In this document: positions 18,209 through 27,964 of the stretch, piece by piece | Layout: each line of letters opens with the position of its first letter | How positions within the stretch are numbered: position 1 is the stretch's first letter | NCBI GenBank assembly: GCA_015486015.1 | Contig: WFSL01000022.1 | Coordinates: 43,746-107,745 of the forward strand | Origin: Aquificota bacterium | GTDB taxonomy: Bacteria; Thermosulfidibacterota; Thermosulfidibacteria; Thermosulfidibacterales; B14-G1 | Length of the DNA stretch: 64,000 nucleotides | Direction: 5' to 3' | Position numbers and translations under genes: made by a program | The notes under the pieces: generated by a model | What the model was told of the DNA's origin: nothing | What the model saw: the letters and a program-made list of their open reading frames with translations, nothing else | The model's database searches: none

Positions 18209-18211
18209 TGT

Positions 18212-19750
18212 TTACCCTCTCTCTTGGAGTTTCCTGATGAGAAGTTTGTTCACCACCTGGGGATTGGCCTTGCCCTTAGTGGCCTTCATGATCTGGCCCA
18301 CGAAGAAGCCGACAATTTTAGTCTTACCTGCCAAATATTTTTTCACCTCATCTGGATGTTCGTCCAGGACCCTCTCCACAATGACCTCCAACTCGGACTC
18401 ATCACTGAGCTGTACCAGCCCCTCCTCTTCCACTATGCGCTGAGGGTCTTTACCCGTCTGGTAAGTCTTGGCGAAGACTTCCTTTGCCATTTTCCCGCTG
18501 ATGGTGCCTCTGTCTATCAGGGCCACAAGCTGGGCCACCTGCTGAGGGGAGACTGGGGAGTTTTGGATGTTTTTGTTCTCTGCATGTAGTCTTCCCATGA
18601 GCTCTACCATCACCCAGTTAGCTATGGCCTTGGGATTGCTGGGATGCGCCTTTACGGCCTCTTCATAAAAGTCGGCCATCTCCCGTGAGGAGATGAGCAC
18701 TTCAGCATCATAGGCCGAGAGACTATAGGATTTCATGAATCGCACCTTCTTCTCGTCTGGGAGCTCGGGGAGAGTGGACCGCACCTCGTTTAGCCAGGCC
18801 TCGCTCACTTTCAATGGGACCAGGTCTGGATCGGGAAAGTATCGATAGTCATGTGCCTCCTCCTTGGAGCGCATGGTCTCAGTCACTCCCAGTTGAGGAT
18901 TCCACAGGAGGGTCTCTTGGATGATCTCTCCCCCTTCCTCCAAGATACGGTGTTGACGCTTTATCTCGTACTCCAATGCCCGCTGCACATGGCGGAAAGA
19001 GTTCATATTCTTTAACTCCGTCTTGACCCCCAGGCGCTTCTCCCCCTTGGGGCGGATAGAGATGTTGGCGTCGCAGCGCATCTCCCCTTTTTCCATATCG
19101 GCATCGGAGATACCAAGGTAGCGCATGATTGTGCGCAGCTTTTGGAGGTAGAGGCGGGCCTCCTCGGGGGTGCGGATGTCGGGCTCGCTCACAATCTCAA
19201 TGAGTGGCACCCCTGTACGGTTTAGGTCGACATAAGAGTGGGGGTCTCCAAGTTCCCCATGGACGTTCTTGCCGGCATCTTCCTCCATGTGGATGCGGGT
19301 GATGCCTATGCGCCTCTTGCCCTGGCTGGTCTCAATCTCTAAGTAGCCGTGCTCTGCCAGGGGGAGCTCATACTGAGAAATCTGATACCCCTTGGGGAGG
19401 TCAGGATAAAAGTAGTTCTTCCTGGCGAAGACAGATATGGGATTGATCCTGCAGTTCAAGGCTAAGGCCGCTTTTATGGCATACTCTACCACCTTTCTAT
19501 TGAGCACTGGCAGGACGCCGGGCATGCCTTGGCATACGGGGCAGGTGTGGGTATTGGGGGGTGCCCCAAACTCCGTGGAACAGGGGCAAAAGATCTTGGA
19601 GTTGGTCTTGAGTTGGACATGCACCTCCAAACCTATGACGGCTTCGTAATCCACTTTCAATCCTCCCTTAAGTGGGTCTCTCCCTTGTGGGGTTTGTGTA
19701 ACAACCGGAGAAGCCTTCCCTTCCATATTCAGCTTCTCTTCCTCGCCCAT
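18212..19750 (-). CDS. gatB: Asp-tRNA(Asn)/Glu-tRNA(Gln) amidotransferase subunit B
   Basis: [13 protein letters not shown] motif and a C-terminal YqeY-like tail. The ATG at 19750 is preceded by AGGAGGTG, unlike the ORF-track start at 19801. Confidence 0.9.
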   Translation of the reverse strand: MGEEEKLNMEGKASPVVTQTPQGRDPLKGGLKVDYEAVIGLEVHVQLKTNSKIFCPCSTEFGAPPNTHTCPVCQGMPGVLPVLNRKVVEYAIKAALALNCRINPISVFARKNYFYPDLPKGYQISQYELPLAEHGYLEIETSQGKRRIGITRIHMEEDAGKNVHGELGDPHSYVDLNRTGVPLIEIVSEPDIRTPEEARLYLQKLRTIMRYLGISDADMEKGEMRCDANISIRPKGEKRLGVKTELKNMNSFRHVQRALEYEIKRQHRILEEGGEIIQETLLWNPQLGVTETMRSKEEAHDYRYFPDPDLVPLKVSEAWLNEVRSTLPELPDEKKVRFMKSYSLSAYDAEVLISSREMADFYEEAVKAHPSNPKAIANWVMVELMGRLHAENKNIQNSPVSPQQVAQLVALIDRGTISGKMAKEVFAKTYQTGKDPQRIVEEEGLVQLSDESELEVIVERVLDEHPDEVKKYLAGKTKIVGFFVGQIMKATKGKANPQVVNKLLIRKLQERG

Positions 19751-19907
19751 TGAAACACCTCCTAACTGGTAGGTATTAACAAATTGAGAGGGGAGAGCCA
19801 AGGATTATGGGGATTGAAGGATTAAGGGAATGAGAGATCAGCATTAAGCCGATAGAAACCCATAAGAAGCCGGAGACCCAAATACATCTAAAGAGCTCTT
19901 AAGAATT

Positions 19908-19985
19908 TGGCGTCCCCTGGGGGATTTGAACCCCCGTCGCCGCCGTGAAAGGGCGGTGTCCTTGGCCGGGCTAGACGAAGGGGAC
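19908..19985 (-). tRNA. tRNA-Glu (UUC), CCA encoded
   Basis: The minus strand reads GTCCCCTTCGTCTAGCCCGGCCAAGGACACCGCCCTTTCACGGCGGCGACGGGGGTTCAAATCCCCCAGGGGACGCCA. It has a 7-bp acceptor stem, anticodon loop CTTTCAC and a T-arm GGGGG/CCCCC. Confidence 0.9.
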
Positions 19986-19994
19986 AAAAGCAAT

Positions 19995-20070
19995 TGGTGA
20001 GCCGCCCAGGACTCGAACCTGGAACCAACGGCTTAAAAGGCCGTTGCTCTGCCACTTGAGCTAGCGGCTC
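19995..20070 (-). tRNA. tRNA-Lys (UUU), CCA encoded
   Basis: The minus strand reads GAGCCGCTAGCTCAAGTGGCAGAGCAACGGCCTTTTAAGCCGTTGGTTCCAGGTTCGAGTCCTGGGCGGCTCACCA. It folds as a cloverleaf with anticodon loop CTTTTAA. Confidence 0.9.
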
Positions 20071-20086
20071 CCTTAAAGGCGAAGGG

Positions 20087-20115
20087 TTTGTAACAAGCAC
20101 GTTCATTAGGGTCAA
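20087..20115 (-). promoter_or_regulatory. Candidate promoter of the tRNA-Lys/tRNA-Glu unit
   Basis: Minus strand: TTGACC (20115-20110), 17-nt spacer, TACAAA (20092-20087), about 17 nt upstream of the mature tRNA-Lys 5' end. Confidence 0.4.
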
Positions 20116-20147
20116 GCCCTATAGATTTTTACCATTTATTTTATTAA

Positions 20148-20173
20148 TTTACAAAACTTAGGGGGTTTGTAAA
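20148..20173. promoter_or_regulatory. Palindrome TTTACAAA-N10-TTTGTAAA abutting the recN start codon
   Basis: Perfect 8-bp arms at 20148-20155 and 20166-20173. The spacer carries the SD-like AGGGGG. A further TTTGTAA lies at 20087-20093. Confidence 0.3.
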
Positions 20174-21829
20174 GTGCTTCAAGAGCTGAGGGCACAGAAT
20201 TTTGCGCTCTTTCATGATGTTTATGTTGCTTTCCGCCCGGGCTTCACTGCCATCACGGGCGAGACAGGATCGGGGAAGTCCCTGCTGGTGAACTCCCTTG
20301 CACTCCTGCTGGGGAGAAAGGCTGAGGCCTTCTGGATCAGGGAAGGGGAGAGGGAGGCCGTAGTCGAATGCGTCTTCTCCCTGGAAGATCACCAGAGCAT
20401 CAGGAAGAGGTTAAAGGAGAGGGGTCTGCCCTATGATGAGGGGCTGTTTATACGGAGGATCATTTGTCGGGATGGGAGGAACAGGATCTATATAAATGAT
20501 TCTCCAGTCACTCTCCGATGCCTCCAAGAGGTGACCCAGGGCATCGTGGAGGTGCTGAGTCAGAGAGAGGGACTCCGCCTCCTCAAGAGGTCTCATCACC
20601 TCCCCATCCTCGATGCCTTTGCAAGGGTTACACCCCTGAGAGAGGAGTACCAGAGGGCCTATCGTCGATATATGGACCTGGTGAGGCAAAGAGAGACCTT
20701 GGAGAAGGACCAGGAAGAGCGGCTTAGGCGCATGGACTATTTGGCATTCCAAATCAGAGACATCCAGGAGGCCTCCCCCCAAATCGGGGAGGAGGAGCAG
20801 CTCAGGGAGAAGCGAAACTGGCTGAGGGAGGGGGAGAGGCTTCGTGAGGCCTTATCCCAGGCCGCACTTCAGTTGGATGGCGAGGAGACCTCAGCAACCC
20901 ATGTCTTGAGGCAGGTTCTCTCTCTTATCTCGCCACTGGGCCATCTGAATGATTCATTGGGTGCAGAGGTGACACGCCTAAAGGAGATACTCCTTCAGCT
21001 CCAAGAGAGCGCGACGGTGCTCCAAAGGTTATTGAGCCAGGTAGAGGTGGACCCCCATGAATTGGCCTTGGTAGAGGAGAGGCTCGATCTTCTGCATAGA
21101 CTGAAGAGCCGTTATGGGGCTACCATAGAGGATGTGCTTAACTATTTGAAGGAGGCTGAGGAGGAATATGCACGCTTAGAGGCCCTCCAAGCTTCTGGAG
21201 AAGAGATAGAAGGGGCCATACGGGATGCCAGAGGTGAGGTGGAGGAGTTGGGGAGAAGACTGAGTGGGAAGAGGCGAGAGGGGGCAAGGGAGATGGAGAA
21301 AAAGGTGGAGGCCACCTTGGAGAGGCTACTCATGAAGGACTGTCGCTTTGAGGTGGTGTTCGATGAAAGGGAGGAGCCAGGGCTCCAAGGGATGGAGTCT
21401 GTGTCCTTCTTTATAAGGCCCAATGTGGGAGAGGAGGCTAAACCCCTCAATAGGGTGGCCTCAGGTGGTGAACTCTCCAGAATAACCCTTGCAATCCATA
21501 GGGTACTATCGGATATAGAGGGGACGCCTGTGCTGGTGTTGGATGAGATTGATGCGGGGATAGGGGGGGTCACCGCACATAGGGTGGGTGAGCTCCTTGC
21601 AGAACTGGGTAATAGGTATCAGGTGATTTGTGTCACCCACTTACCCCAGGTGGCCCGCCACAGCCACCAGCAGTTGGTGGTGGAAAAGACAACAATGGCT
21701 GGCAAGACTGTTACCCATATACGGGAGCTTGCCCCCTCCGAGAGGGAGGAGGAGCTTAGACGGATGATAGGGGAGGTGCCCCCAATGGAGGAGTCCGGAG
21801 ATGGTGGTGATAGACGAAGAGCGGTGTAA
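20174..21829 (+). CDS. recN: DNA repair protein RecN
   Basis: 551 aa SMC-like protein. N-terminal Walker A ITGETGSGKS, long coiled coil, C-terminal ASGGELSR and LVLDEIDAG. Confidence 0.9.
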   Translation: MLQELRAQNFALFHDVYVAFRPGFTAITGETGSGKSLLVNSLALLLGRKAEAFWIREGEREAVVECVFSLEDHQSIRKRLKERGLPYDEGLFIRRIICRDGRNRIYINDSPVTLRCLQEVTQGIVEVLSQREGLRLLKRSHHLPILDAFARVTPLREEYQRAYRRYMDLVRQRETLEKDQEERLRRMDYLAFQIRDIQEASPQIGEEEQLREKRNWLREGERLREALSQAALQLDGEETSATHVLRQVLSLISPLGHLNDSLGAEVTRLKEILLQLQESATVLQRLLSQVEVDPHELALVEERLDLLHRLKSRYGATIEDVLNYLKEAEEEYARLEALQASGEEIEGAIRDARGEVEELGRRLSGKRREGAREMEKKVEATLERLLMKDCRFEVVFDEREEPGLQGMESVSFFIRPNVGEEAKPLNRVASGGELSRITLAIHRVLSDIEGTPVLVLDEIDAGIGGVTAHRVGELLAELGNRYQVICVTHLPQVARHSHQQLVVEKTTMAGKTVTHIRELAPSEREEELRRMIGEVPPMEESGDGGDRRRAV

Positions 21830-22001
21830 GGGGTGTGGTCTCTGCATTGAAGCCTGCCCCCATGGGATTCTCATGCTGAGCGAGAAGGATGTGAACAAGG
21901 CAGGGTACCATCCGGTGGTGATCATCTCTCAGTCAGACTGCGTGAGCTGCGCCCTTTGTGCCGAGGTGTGCCCCGATATCTGCATAGAGGTATACAGGTG
22001 A
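21801..22001 (+). CDS. 2x[4Fe-4S] ferredoxin-like delta subunit of a 2-oxoacid:ferredoxin oxidoreductase
   Basis: 66 aa with two CxxCxxCxxxCP motifs (CKGCGLCIEACP, CVSCALCAEVCP). It lies directly upstream of the alpha subunit and overlaps the recN 3' end by 29 nt. Confidence 0.7.
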   Translation: MVVIDEERCKGCGLCIEACPHGILMLSEKDVNKAGYHPVVIISQSDCVSCALCAEVCPDICIEVYR

Positions 22002-22005
22002 TGCT

Positions 22006-23046
22006 ATGAAAAAACTGTGGAAGTGTTGTGACGCTATAGGAGAAGCGGCTGTGCGTGCGGGATGCCGTTTCTTTGCGGGTTATCCCATCACACCCCAGAG
22101 CCCCATCTTGGAATACCTCTCCTGGAGGATGCCAGAGGTAGGTGGGGTCTTCATCCAGGCGGAGAGCGAGTTGGCCGCCATCAACATCGTGTTAGGGGCT
22201 GCTGCCTCAGGGATGAGGGCCATGACTGCCAGTTCCAGTCCGGGCATCAGTCTCATGCAGGAGGGTATATCCTACATGGCAGGGTGTGAGCTGCCCGCTG
22301 TCATCGTGAACATGAACAGGGGAGGACCTGGTTTAGGTGGGATTCAACCTAACCAGGGGGACTACTTTCAGGCTACGAAGGGCGGTGGGCATGGGGACTA
22401 TAGGACCCCAGTACTGGCCCCCTCTACAACCCAAGAGGCAGTGGATTTTTTGTTCCTGGCCTTTGATATAGCAGACAGGTACAGGAACCCTGTAGTGATG
22501 CTTGGAGACTCCTTCCTTGCAGGGATAATGGAGTCTGTGGCCATGCCAGAAGAGTGGGCGCCCCCATTCCAGGATAAGCCGTGGGCGTTAACAGGGTGCG
22601 AGGGGAGAGAGCCTCGGCTCATAAAGTCCCTATACCTTGGTCCGGGGGAGCTTACTCAGCACAACTGGAAGCTCAGGGAGAAGTACCGTGAGATGGAGGA
22701 GAGGGAGGTCCGCTGGGAGGAGTTTATGATAGATGGTGCCAAGCTGGTGGTTGTGGCCTTTGGAACCGCCGCTCGTATAGCTAAGACGGCCATTAAGTGG
22801 GCCAGAGATAAGGGGTTGAAGGTGGGGCTACTGCGGCCCATCACCCTATATCCATTCCCGTTGGGTGTGCTGGCTGAGCTGGAATCTGCCGGGGCACACT
22901 TCCTGGTAGCAGAGCTGAACACAGGGCAGATGTTGGAGGATGTGGAAAGGGCAGTGAGGCAGAAGGTGGATTTCATTGGACGCCCCGGTGCTGTGTTTTA
23001 CCCAGAAGAGATACTGGAAAAGATAGAAGAGGTCTATCGGGCCTGA
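22006..23046 (+). CDS. 2-oxoacid:ferredoxin oxidoreductase alpha subunit (KorA/VorB-like)
   Basis: 346 aa. GEAAVRAGCRFFAGYPITPQS N-terminus is typical of OFOR alpha subunits. No beta or gamma subunit follows. Confidence 0.8.
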   Translation: MKKLWKCCDAIGEAAVRAGCRFFAGYPITPQSPILEYLSWRMPEVGGVFIQAESELAAINIVLGAAASGMRAMTASSSPGISLMQEGISYMAGCELPAVIVNMNRGGPGLGGIQPNQGDYFQATKGGGHGDYRTPVLAPSTTQEAVDFLFLAFDIADRYRNPVVMLGDSFLAGIMESVAMPEEWAPPFQDKPWALTGCEGREPRLIKSLYLGPGELTQHNWKLREKYREMEEREVRWEEFMIDGAKLVVVAFGTAARIAKTAIKWARDKGLKVGLLRPITLYPFPLGVLAELESAGAHFLVAELNTGQMLEDVERAVRQKVDFIGRPGAVFYPEEILEKIEEVYRA

Positions 23047-23152
23047 GCGGAGAAGAGATTGCGTCCCCCCTGGCATGTTGGTATAACTCCATCTACTTGG
23101 ACTTGGTAGAGTTATCCTAAAGGTTTGGTTCGAATACAATGAGGAGGAAGGT

Positions 23153-25228
23153 ATGGGCAGGAGATTCTTGTTTGAGATAGGGACTGAAGAGATCCCTGCG
23201 GGTTTTATGATTCCGGCCCTATCCTTTATGGAGGGCTTCATAAAGAGGGCCTTCAACGAAAACCGCATTGAACACGGGACGATAGAGACTTACGGGACCC
23301 CTCGCCGGCTCTCTGTCTTGGTGGATGGGGTATCGGAGACCCAGAGGGACAAGGTGGAGGAGGTGATGGGTCCACCGGCAAGCGTGGCCTTCGATGGGGA
23401 GGGGAAACCCACCAAGGCTGCCCTTGGATTTGCCAAGGGTCAAGGTGTGGATGTTGAAGCCCTCCAAGTGAAGGAAACACCAAAAGGTGCCTATGTATAT
23501 GTGATTAGGGAGGAGAAGGGGGGAAGTACCAAGGAGCTCCTGCCTGGGATCTTGGAGAAGCTTGTGAGGAGCATCCCATTTAGGAAGTCTATGAGATGGG
23601 CTGAGAGGGAGATCCGCTTTGCACGGCCCATCCATTGGTTTTTGGCCTTATTCGGCGAAGAGGTGGTGGAGTTTGAGATAGAGGGTATCAGAAGTGGCCG
23701 CATTACTTGGGGGCACCGCTTTCTTGCCCCAGGGCCTATAGAGCTCCACCGTCCAGAGGAGTATGTGGAAACCCTGAGAAATGCAAAGGTGATCGTGGAT
23801 CATCGAGAGCGCAGGGATCTTGTTTGGGAGCAAGTAAAAGAGGAGGCTGCCCGTGTAGGTGGGGTACCTCTGGAGGATAAGGGGTTAATAGAGGAGGTGA
23901 ACTTCCTAGTAGAATATCCTGTGGCTACTTGCGGTACCTTCGATCCCGAATTCCTGGAGCTACCACCAGAGGTCCTGATCACCCCTATGAAGGAGCACCA
24001 GAAGTATTTCCCCGTCTTTGACCACAGTGGCAGGCTTATGAACCACTTTGTAGTAGTGAACAACACGCTTGCCCCGGACATGGACCTCATCACCCAGGGG
24101 AACGAAAGGGTTTTGAGGGCCCGTTTGGCCGATGCCCGCTTCTTCTTCCAGGAGGATAAGGAGATCCCCCTCATGGAGATGCTCGAGAGGCTCAAGGATG
24201 TGGTATTCCAGGAAAAACTGGGTACATCCTATGAAAAGGTGATGCGCTTCCGCCAACTGGCAGCCCTCATAGCAAGGCAGGTAACCCCTGATAAAATGGA
24301 CTTGGTGGATCGCACGGCCCTGCTCTGTAAGGCGGATTTAGAGAGCCAAATGGTTTACGAATTCCCCGAGCTTCAGGGGGTCATGGGGCGAGAATACGCC
24401 AGGATTCAAGGTGAGCCGGAAGAGGTGTACTTGGGCATCTTCGAGCACTATCTCCCACGATTCTCAGGGGACAACCTCCCCACCACTGTGACAGGGGCCA
24501 TCGTGGGGATTGCCGATAGGATAGACACCATTGTGGGTTGTTTTGGTATCGGGCTTATCCCCACGGGATCCGAGGATCCCTATGGTATACGGAGGGATGC
24601 CCTGGGCATAGTCCATGTGATCTTCCACAAGGGATTCCGCATATCCCTGAATGCACTCATAGAGAAGAGCCTTGAGATCCTTGGGGATAAGGTGGAAAGG
24701 GATCCCGTTCAGGTGAGGTCCGATGTGCTCAGCTTCCTGCGCCAGAGGCTTTATCATATGTGGGTCTCCGATGGGTCTCGCCACGACCTGGTGGACGCCG
24801 TGCTCTCAGCAGGGTTTGACGATATGGTTGCTGCCTACAAGCGTCTAAAGTGCCTCGAGGCGTTCAGCCAGGATCCATCCTTTGAGGCCCTCATGATCAC
24901 CTTTAAGAGGGTGGTGAACATCCTGCCCAAGGGATTCATCAGCGAGACAGTGGAACCCCATCTGTTTGAAACCCAAGAGGAGAGGGCCCTTTATCAAGCC
25001 CTTTTGGACTTAGAAGGGCGGGTGAAGGCGTTGGTGGAGAGGGAAGAATACACGGAGGCGCTCAGGACCATAGCTACACTCAAAGAGAAGGTGGACGCCT
25101 TCTTCGATGGGGTGTTGGTGATGACCGAGGACGAGAGGATTCGAGACAATCGGCTCGCCCTCCTTAAAAGGATCGCCAATCTGTTTATGGGTCTGGCAGA
25201 TCTCTCTAAGGTGGTGGTTGGCAAGTAA
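23153..25228 (+). CDS. glyS: Glycine--tRNA ligase beta subunit
   Basis: 691 aa. LFEIGTEEIPA N-terminus, YGTPRRL motif and a C-terminal anticodon-binding region. Confidence 0.9.
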   Translation: MGRRFLFEIGTEEIPAGFMIPALSFMEGFIKRAFNENRIEHGTIETYGTPRRLSVLVDGVSETQRDKVEEVMGPPASVAFDGEGKPTKAALGFAKGQGVDVEALQVKETPKGAYVYVIREEKGGSTKELLPGILEKLVRSIPFRKSMRWAEREIRFARPIHWFLALFGEEVVEFEIEGIRSGRITWGHRFLAPGPIELHRPEEYVETLRNAKVIVDHRERRDLVWEQVKEEAARVGGVPLEDKGLIEEVNFLVEYPVATCGTFDPEFLELPPEVLITPMKEHQKYFPVFDHSGRLMNHFVVVNNTLAPDMDLITQGNERVLRARLADARFFFQEDKEIPLMEMLERLKDVVFQEKLGTSYEKVMRFRQLAALIARQVTPDKMDLVDRTALLCKADLESQMVYEFPELQGVMGREYARIQGEPEEVYLGIFEHYLPRFSGDNLPTTVTGAIVGIADRIDTIVGCFGIGLIPTGSEDPYGIRRDALGIVHVIFHKGFRISLNALIEKSLEILGDKVERDPVQVRSDVLSFLRQRLYHMWVSDGSRHDLVDAVLSAGFDDMVAAYKRLKCLEAFSQDPSFEALMITFKRVVNILPKGFISETVEPHLFETQEERALYQALLDLEGRVKALVEREEYTEALRTIATLKEKVDAFFDGVLVMTEDERIRDNRLALLKRIANLFMGLADLSKVVVGK

Positions 25229-25264
25229 ATTCTTAAATCTTTGCCAACGGTTAGGGGGTGGACC

Positions 25265-27916
25265 ATGAGGGGAAAGAGGTGGGTCTACTTCTTCGGTGCA
25301 GGGAGGGCCGATGGTGATGCCTCTATGAGAGAGATCCTGGGGGGGAAAGGCGCCAATCTTCATGAGATGAGTAGATTGGGGATACCCGTACCCCCAGGTT
25401 TCACCGTATGCGCACAGGCCTGCGTCTTTTATCTCTCAAAAGGGGCTTGGCCGGAGCACCTGGAAGAGGAGGTGCGGGAGCACATGGTCCTCTTGGAAGA
25501 TGCCATGGGCCGTGCCTTTGGCGATAAGCAGTATCCACTCCTGGTGTCTGTGCGCTCAGGGGCCCGGGTCTCCATGCCGGGCATGATGGATACCGTCCTC
25601 AACCTGGGGCTCAACGATGAGACCGTGGGTGGTTTGGCTCGTGCAACCGGCAATCCCAGGTTTGCCTTCGACTCCTACCGCAGACTCCTCCAGATGTTTG
25701 GCGAGGTGGTGAGAGGGATACCCCATCAGCTCTTTGAGCACCAACTGGAGGAGGTGAAGAGGCTTCATGGGATCACTCAGGATACAGAGCTTTCTCCGGT
25801 GCACTTACAGGAGGTGATCCAGAGATACAAAGAGGTGTTTGCACGGGAGGGGACCTCATTTCCCCAGGGCCCATGGAGGCAACTGAAGGAGGCCATTGAG
25901 GCCGTGTTTCAATCCTGGGACAATCAACGGGCACGCACCTATCGCAGGATCCACGGGATCCCTGACGATTGGGGTACCGCCGTAAATGTGCAGGCCATGG
26001 TCTTTGGAAACATGGGGGACGATTCCGGCACGGGGGTCACATTCACCAGGAACCCTGCCACGGGGGAGAGGGGGCTATTTGGAGAGTTCCTCCCCAATGC
26101 CCAAGGGGAAGATGTGGTAGCAGGCATCAGGACCCCCATGCCCATATCGGGTCTAAGGGAATGGATGCCCAAGGTCTACCAGGAGCTATGTGATTTGGGT
26201 GACCTGTTGGAGCGCCACTACCGAGACATGCAGGACATAGAGTTCACCATAGAGAAGGGGTCACTCTATGTTCTTCAGACCCGCTCGGGGAAGAGGACCG
26301 TGAGGGCTGCTATGCGCATCGCAGTGGAGATGGTGGATGAGGGGATAATTGACAGGGCCACGGCCCTGCTGAGGGTAGACCCAGAGCAGCTTCGGCAGAT
26401 CCTTCATCCGGATATTGATCCAAATGCCGTGTACTGCTTGATCGCAAGGGGACTGCCTGCATCCCCAGGGGCCGCCTCTGGTAAGGTGGTCTTCTCAGCT
26501 AAGGAGGCGGAGGAGATGGCATCAAAGGGCGAAAAGGTGATCCTGGTGAGGCCTGAAACGTCGCCGGACGATATTGGGGGCATGGATGCTGCTCAAGGGA
26601 TCCTTACCGCCCGGGGTGGCATCACATCCCATGCAGCGGTGGTGGCCAGGGGGATGGGGAAGTGCTGTGTGGTGGGATGCGATGCCCTCCTCATCAATGA
26701 AGTGGAGGGATACATTTTGGCGGATGGGATAAGGATCAACAGGGGGGACGTGATCACACTCAATGGTTCCACAGGGGAGGTGATCCAGGGTGAGGTGCCA
26801 TTGGTGGAGGCAGAGCCGGGTCCCTACTTCTCGAGGCTCATGGGGTGGGCCGATTCGGTGCGTGCCCTCCAGGTGAGGGCCAACGTTGACACCCCTGAGA
26901 ATGCGGCCTTGGCAAGGAGATTGGGGGCAGAGGGCATTGGGCTCTGCCGCACGGAGCATATGTTTTTTGAGAAGGACAGGATCAATGTGGTGAGGGAGAT
27001 GATCCTGGCTGAAACCACCCAAGAGAGAAAGAAGGCCATCACCCAGCTCCTCCCTATGCAGAGGGAGGATTTCAAGGGCATCCTTAGGGTCATGGACGGT
27101 TTTCCTGTCACCATCAGGCTCCTCGATCCACCCCTCCATGAGTTCCTACCGAAGAGCCCAGAGGAGATGGAGGCCTTCTCAAGGGAACGGGGCATCCCAT
27201 TAGAAAAGGTGAGGCAAAAGGTGGAGAGGCTCCAGGAGTTCAACCCCATGCTTGGCCTCAGGGGTTGCCGCTTAGGTATACTGTTTCCGGAGATATACCG
27301 GATCCAGGTGAGGGCCATATTTGAGGCGGCATGTGCCCTGGCCAAGGAGGGGGTTGACGTACGTCCAGAGGTGATGGTTCCGCTTGTGGCTCATGTAAGG
27401 GAGATGAGGATACTGAGAGACCTCATCGAGAGGGAGGCCTCCGATGTGATGAAGGAGCAGGGCATTAAGGTGGAGTATCTCATTGGTACCATGATAGAGC
27501 TGCCCAGGGCAGCCCTCACCGCTGACGAGATTGCCCAGGAGGCGGATTTCTTCTCCTTTGGGACAAACGATCTCACCCAGACCACCCTCGGGATCTCCAG
27601 GGACGACGCCGCCAAGTTTCTTCCACAGTATGTGGAGATGGGGATCTATTCTAAGGATCCCTTTGCCACTCTGGAAGAGGAGGGGGTAGGGCAGCTCATG
27701 GAAATGGGTGTGATCAAGGGCAGGAGCGTACGTCACAACCTCAAGATCGGTATCTGTGGAGAACACGGTGGGGACCCCGCCTCCATAAGACTCTGCCACA
27801 GGATAGGGCTGAACTATATCAGTTGCTCCCCTTACCGTATCCCAACGGCCAGGTTGGCGGCTGCCCAGGCCAGGGCCCGAGAGGAACTGAGTAAGGTGTC
27901 AGGTCTCAACATTTGA
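25265..27916 (+). CDS. ppdK: Pyruvate, phosphate dikinase
   Basis: KRWVYFFG...LGGKGANLHEM N-terminus, phospho-His context GGITSHAAVVARG, C-terminal PEP-utilizing domain. The ATG at 25265 is preferred to the ORF-track 25241. Confidence 0.92.
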   Translation: MRGKRWVYFFGAGRADGDASMREILGGKGANLHEMSRLGIPVPPGFTVCAQACVFYLSKGAWPEHLEEEVREHMVLLEDAMGRAFGDKQYPLLVSVRSGARVSMPGMMDTVLNLGLNDETVGGLARATGNPRFAFDSYRRLLQMFGEVVRGIPHQLFEHQLEEVKRLHGITQDTELSPVHLQEVIQRYKEVFAREGTSFPQGPWRQLKEAIEAVFQSWDNQRARTYRRIHGIPDDWGTAVNVQAMVFGNMGDDSGTGVTFTRNPATGERGLFGEFLPNAQGEDVVAGIRTPMPISGLREWMPKVYQELCDLGDLLERHYRDMQDIEFTIEKGSLYVLQTRSGKRTVRAAMRIAVEMVDEGIIDRATALLRVDPEQLRQILHPDIDPNAVYCLIARGLPASPGAASGKVVFSAKEAEEMASKGEKVILVRPETSPDDIGGMDAAQGILTARGGITSHAAVVARGMGKCCVVGCDALLINEVEGYILADGIRINRGDVITLNGSTGEVIQGEVPLVEAEPGPYFSRLMGWADSVRALQVRANVDTPENAALARRLGAEGIGLCRTEHMFFEKDRINVVREMILAETTQERKKAITQLLPMQREDFKGILRVMDGFPVTIRLLDPPLHEFLPKSPEEMEAFSRERGIPLEKVRQKVERLQEFNPMLGLRGCRLGILFPEIYRIQVRAIFEAACALAKEGVDVRPEVMVPLVAHVREMRILRDLIEREASDVMKEQGIKVEYLIGTMIELPRAALTADEIAQEADFFSFGTNDLTQTTLGISRDDAAKFLPQYVEMGIYSKDPFATLEEEGVGQLMEMGVIKGRSVRHNLKIGICGEHGGDPASIRLCHRIGLNYISCSPYRIPTARLAAAQARAREELSKVSGLNI

Positions 27917-27955
27917 CATCTCAAACCACCTTGTCAAATGTTGAGACCTGACACC
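27895..27955. repeat. REPIN-like palindrome: 24-bp perfect stem, 13-nt loop, related to the RAYT inverted repeats
   Basis: GGTGTCAGGTCTCAACATTTGACA (27895-27918) and its exact reverse complement (27932-27955). Each arm resembles GGGGTCAGGTCTTGAATTTGACA of the RAYT flanks. It spans the ppdK stop and ends 9 nt from the convergent pilin stop, so it may also act as a bidirectional terminator. Confidence 0.75.
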
Positions 27956-27964
27956 AAAATTTAC

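Noticed and set aside
19888-20115. 75-aa minus-strand ORF
   Set aside because: It is entirely explained by the two tRNA genes (Glu, Lys) it overlaps.
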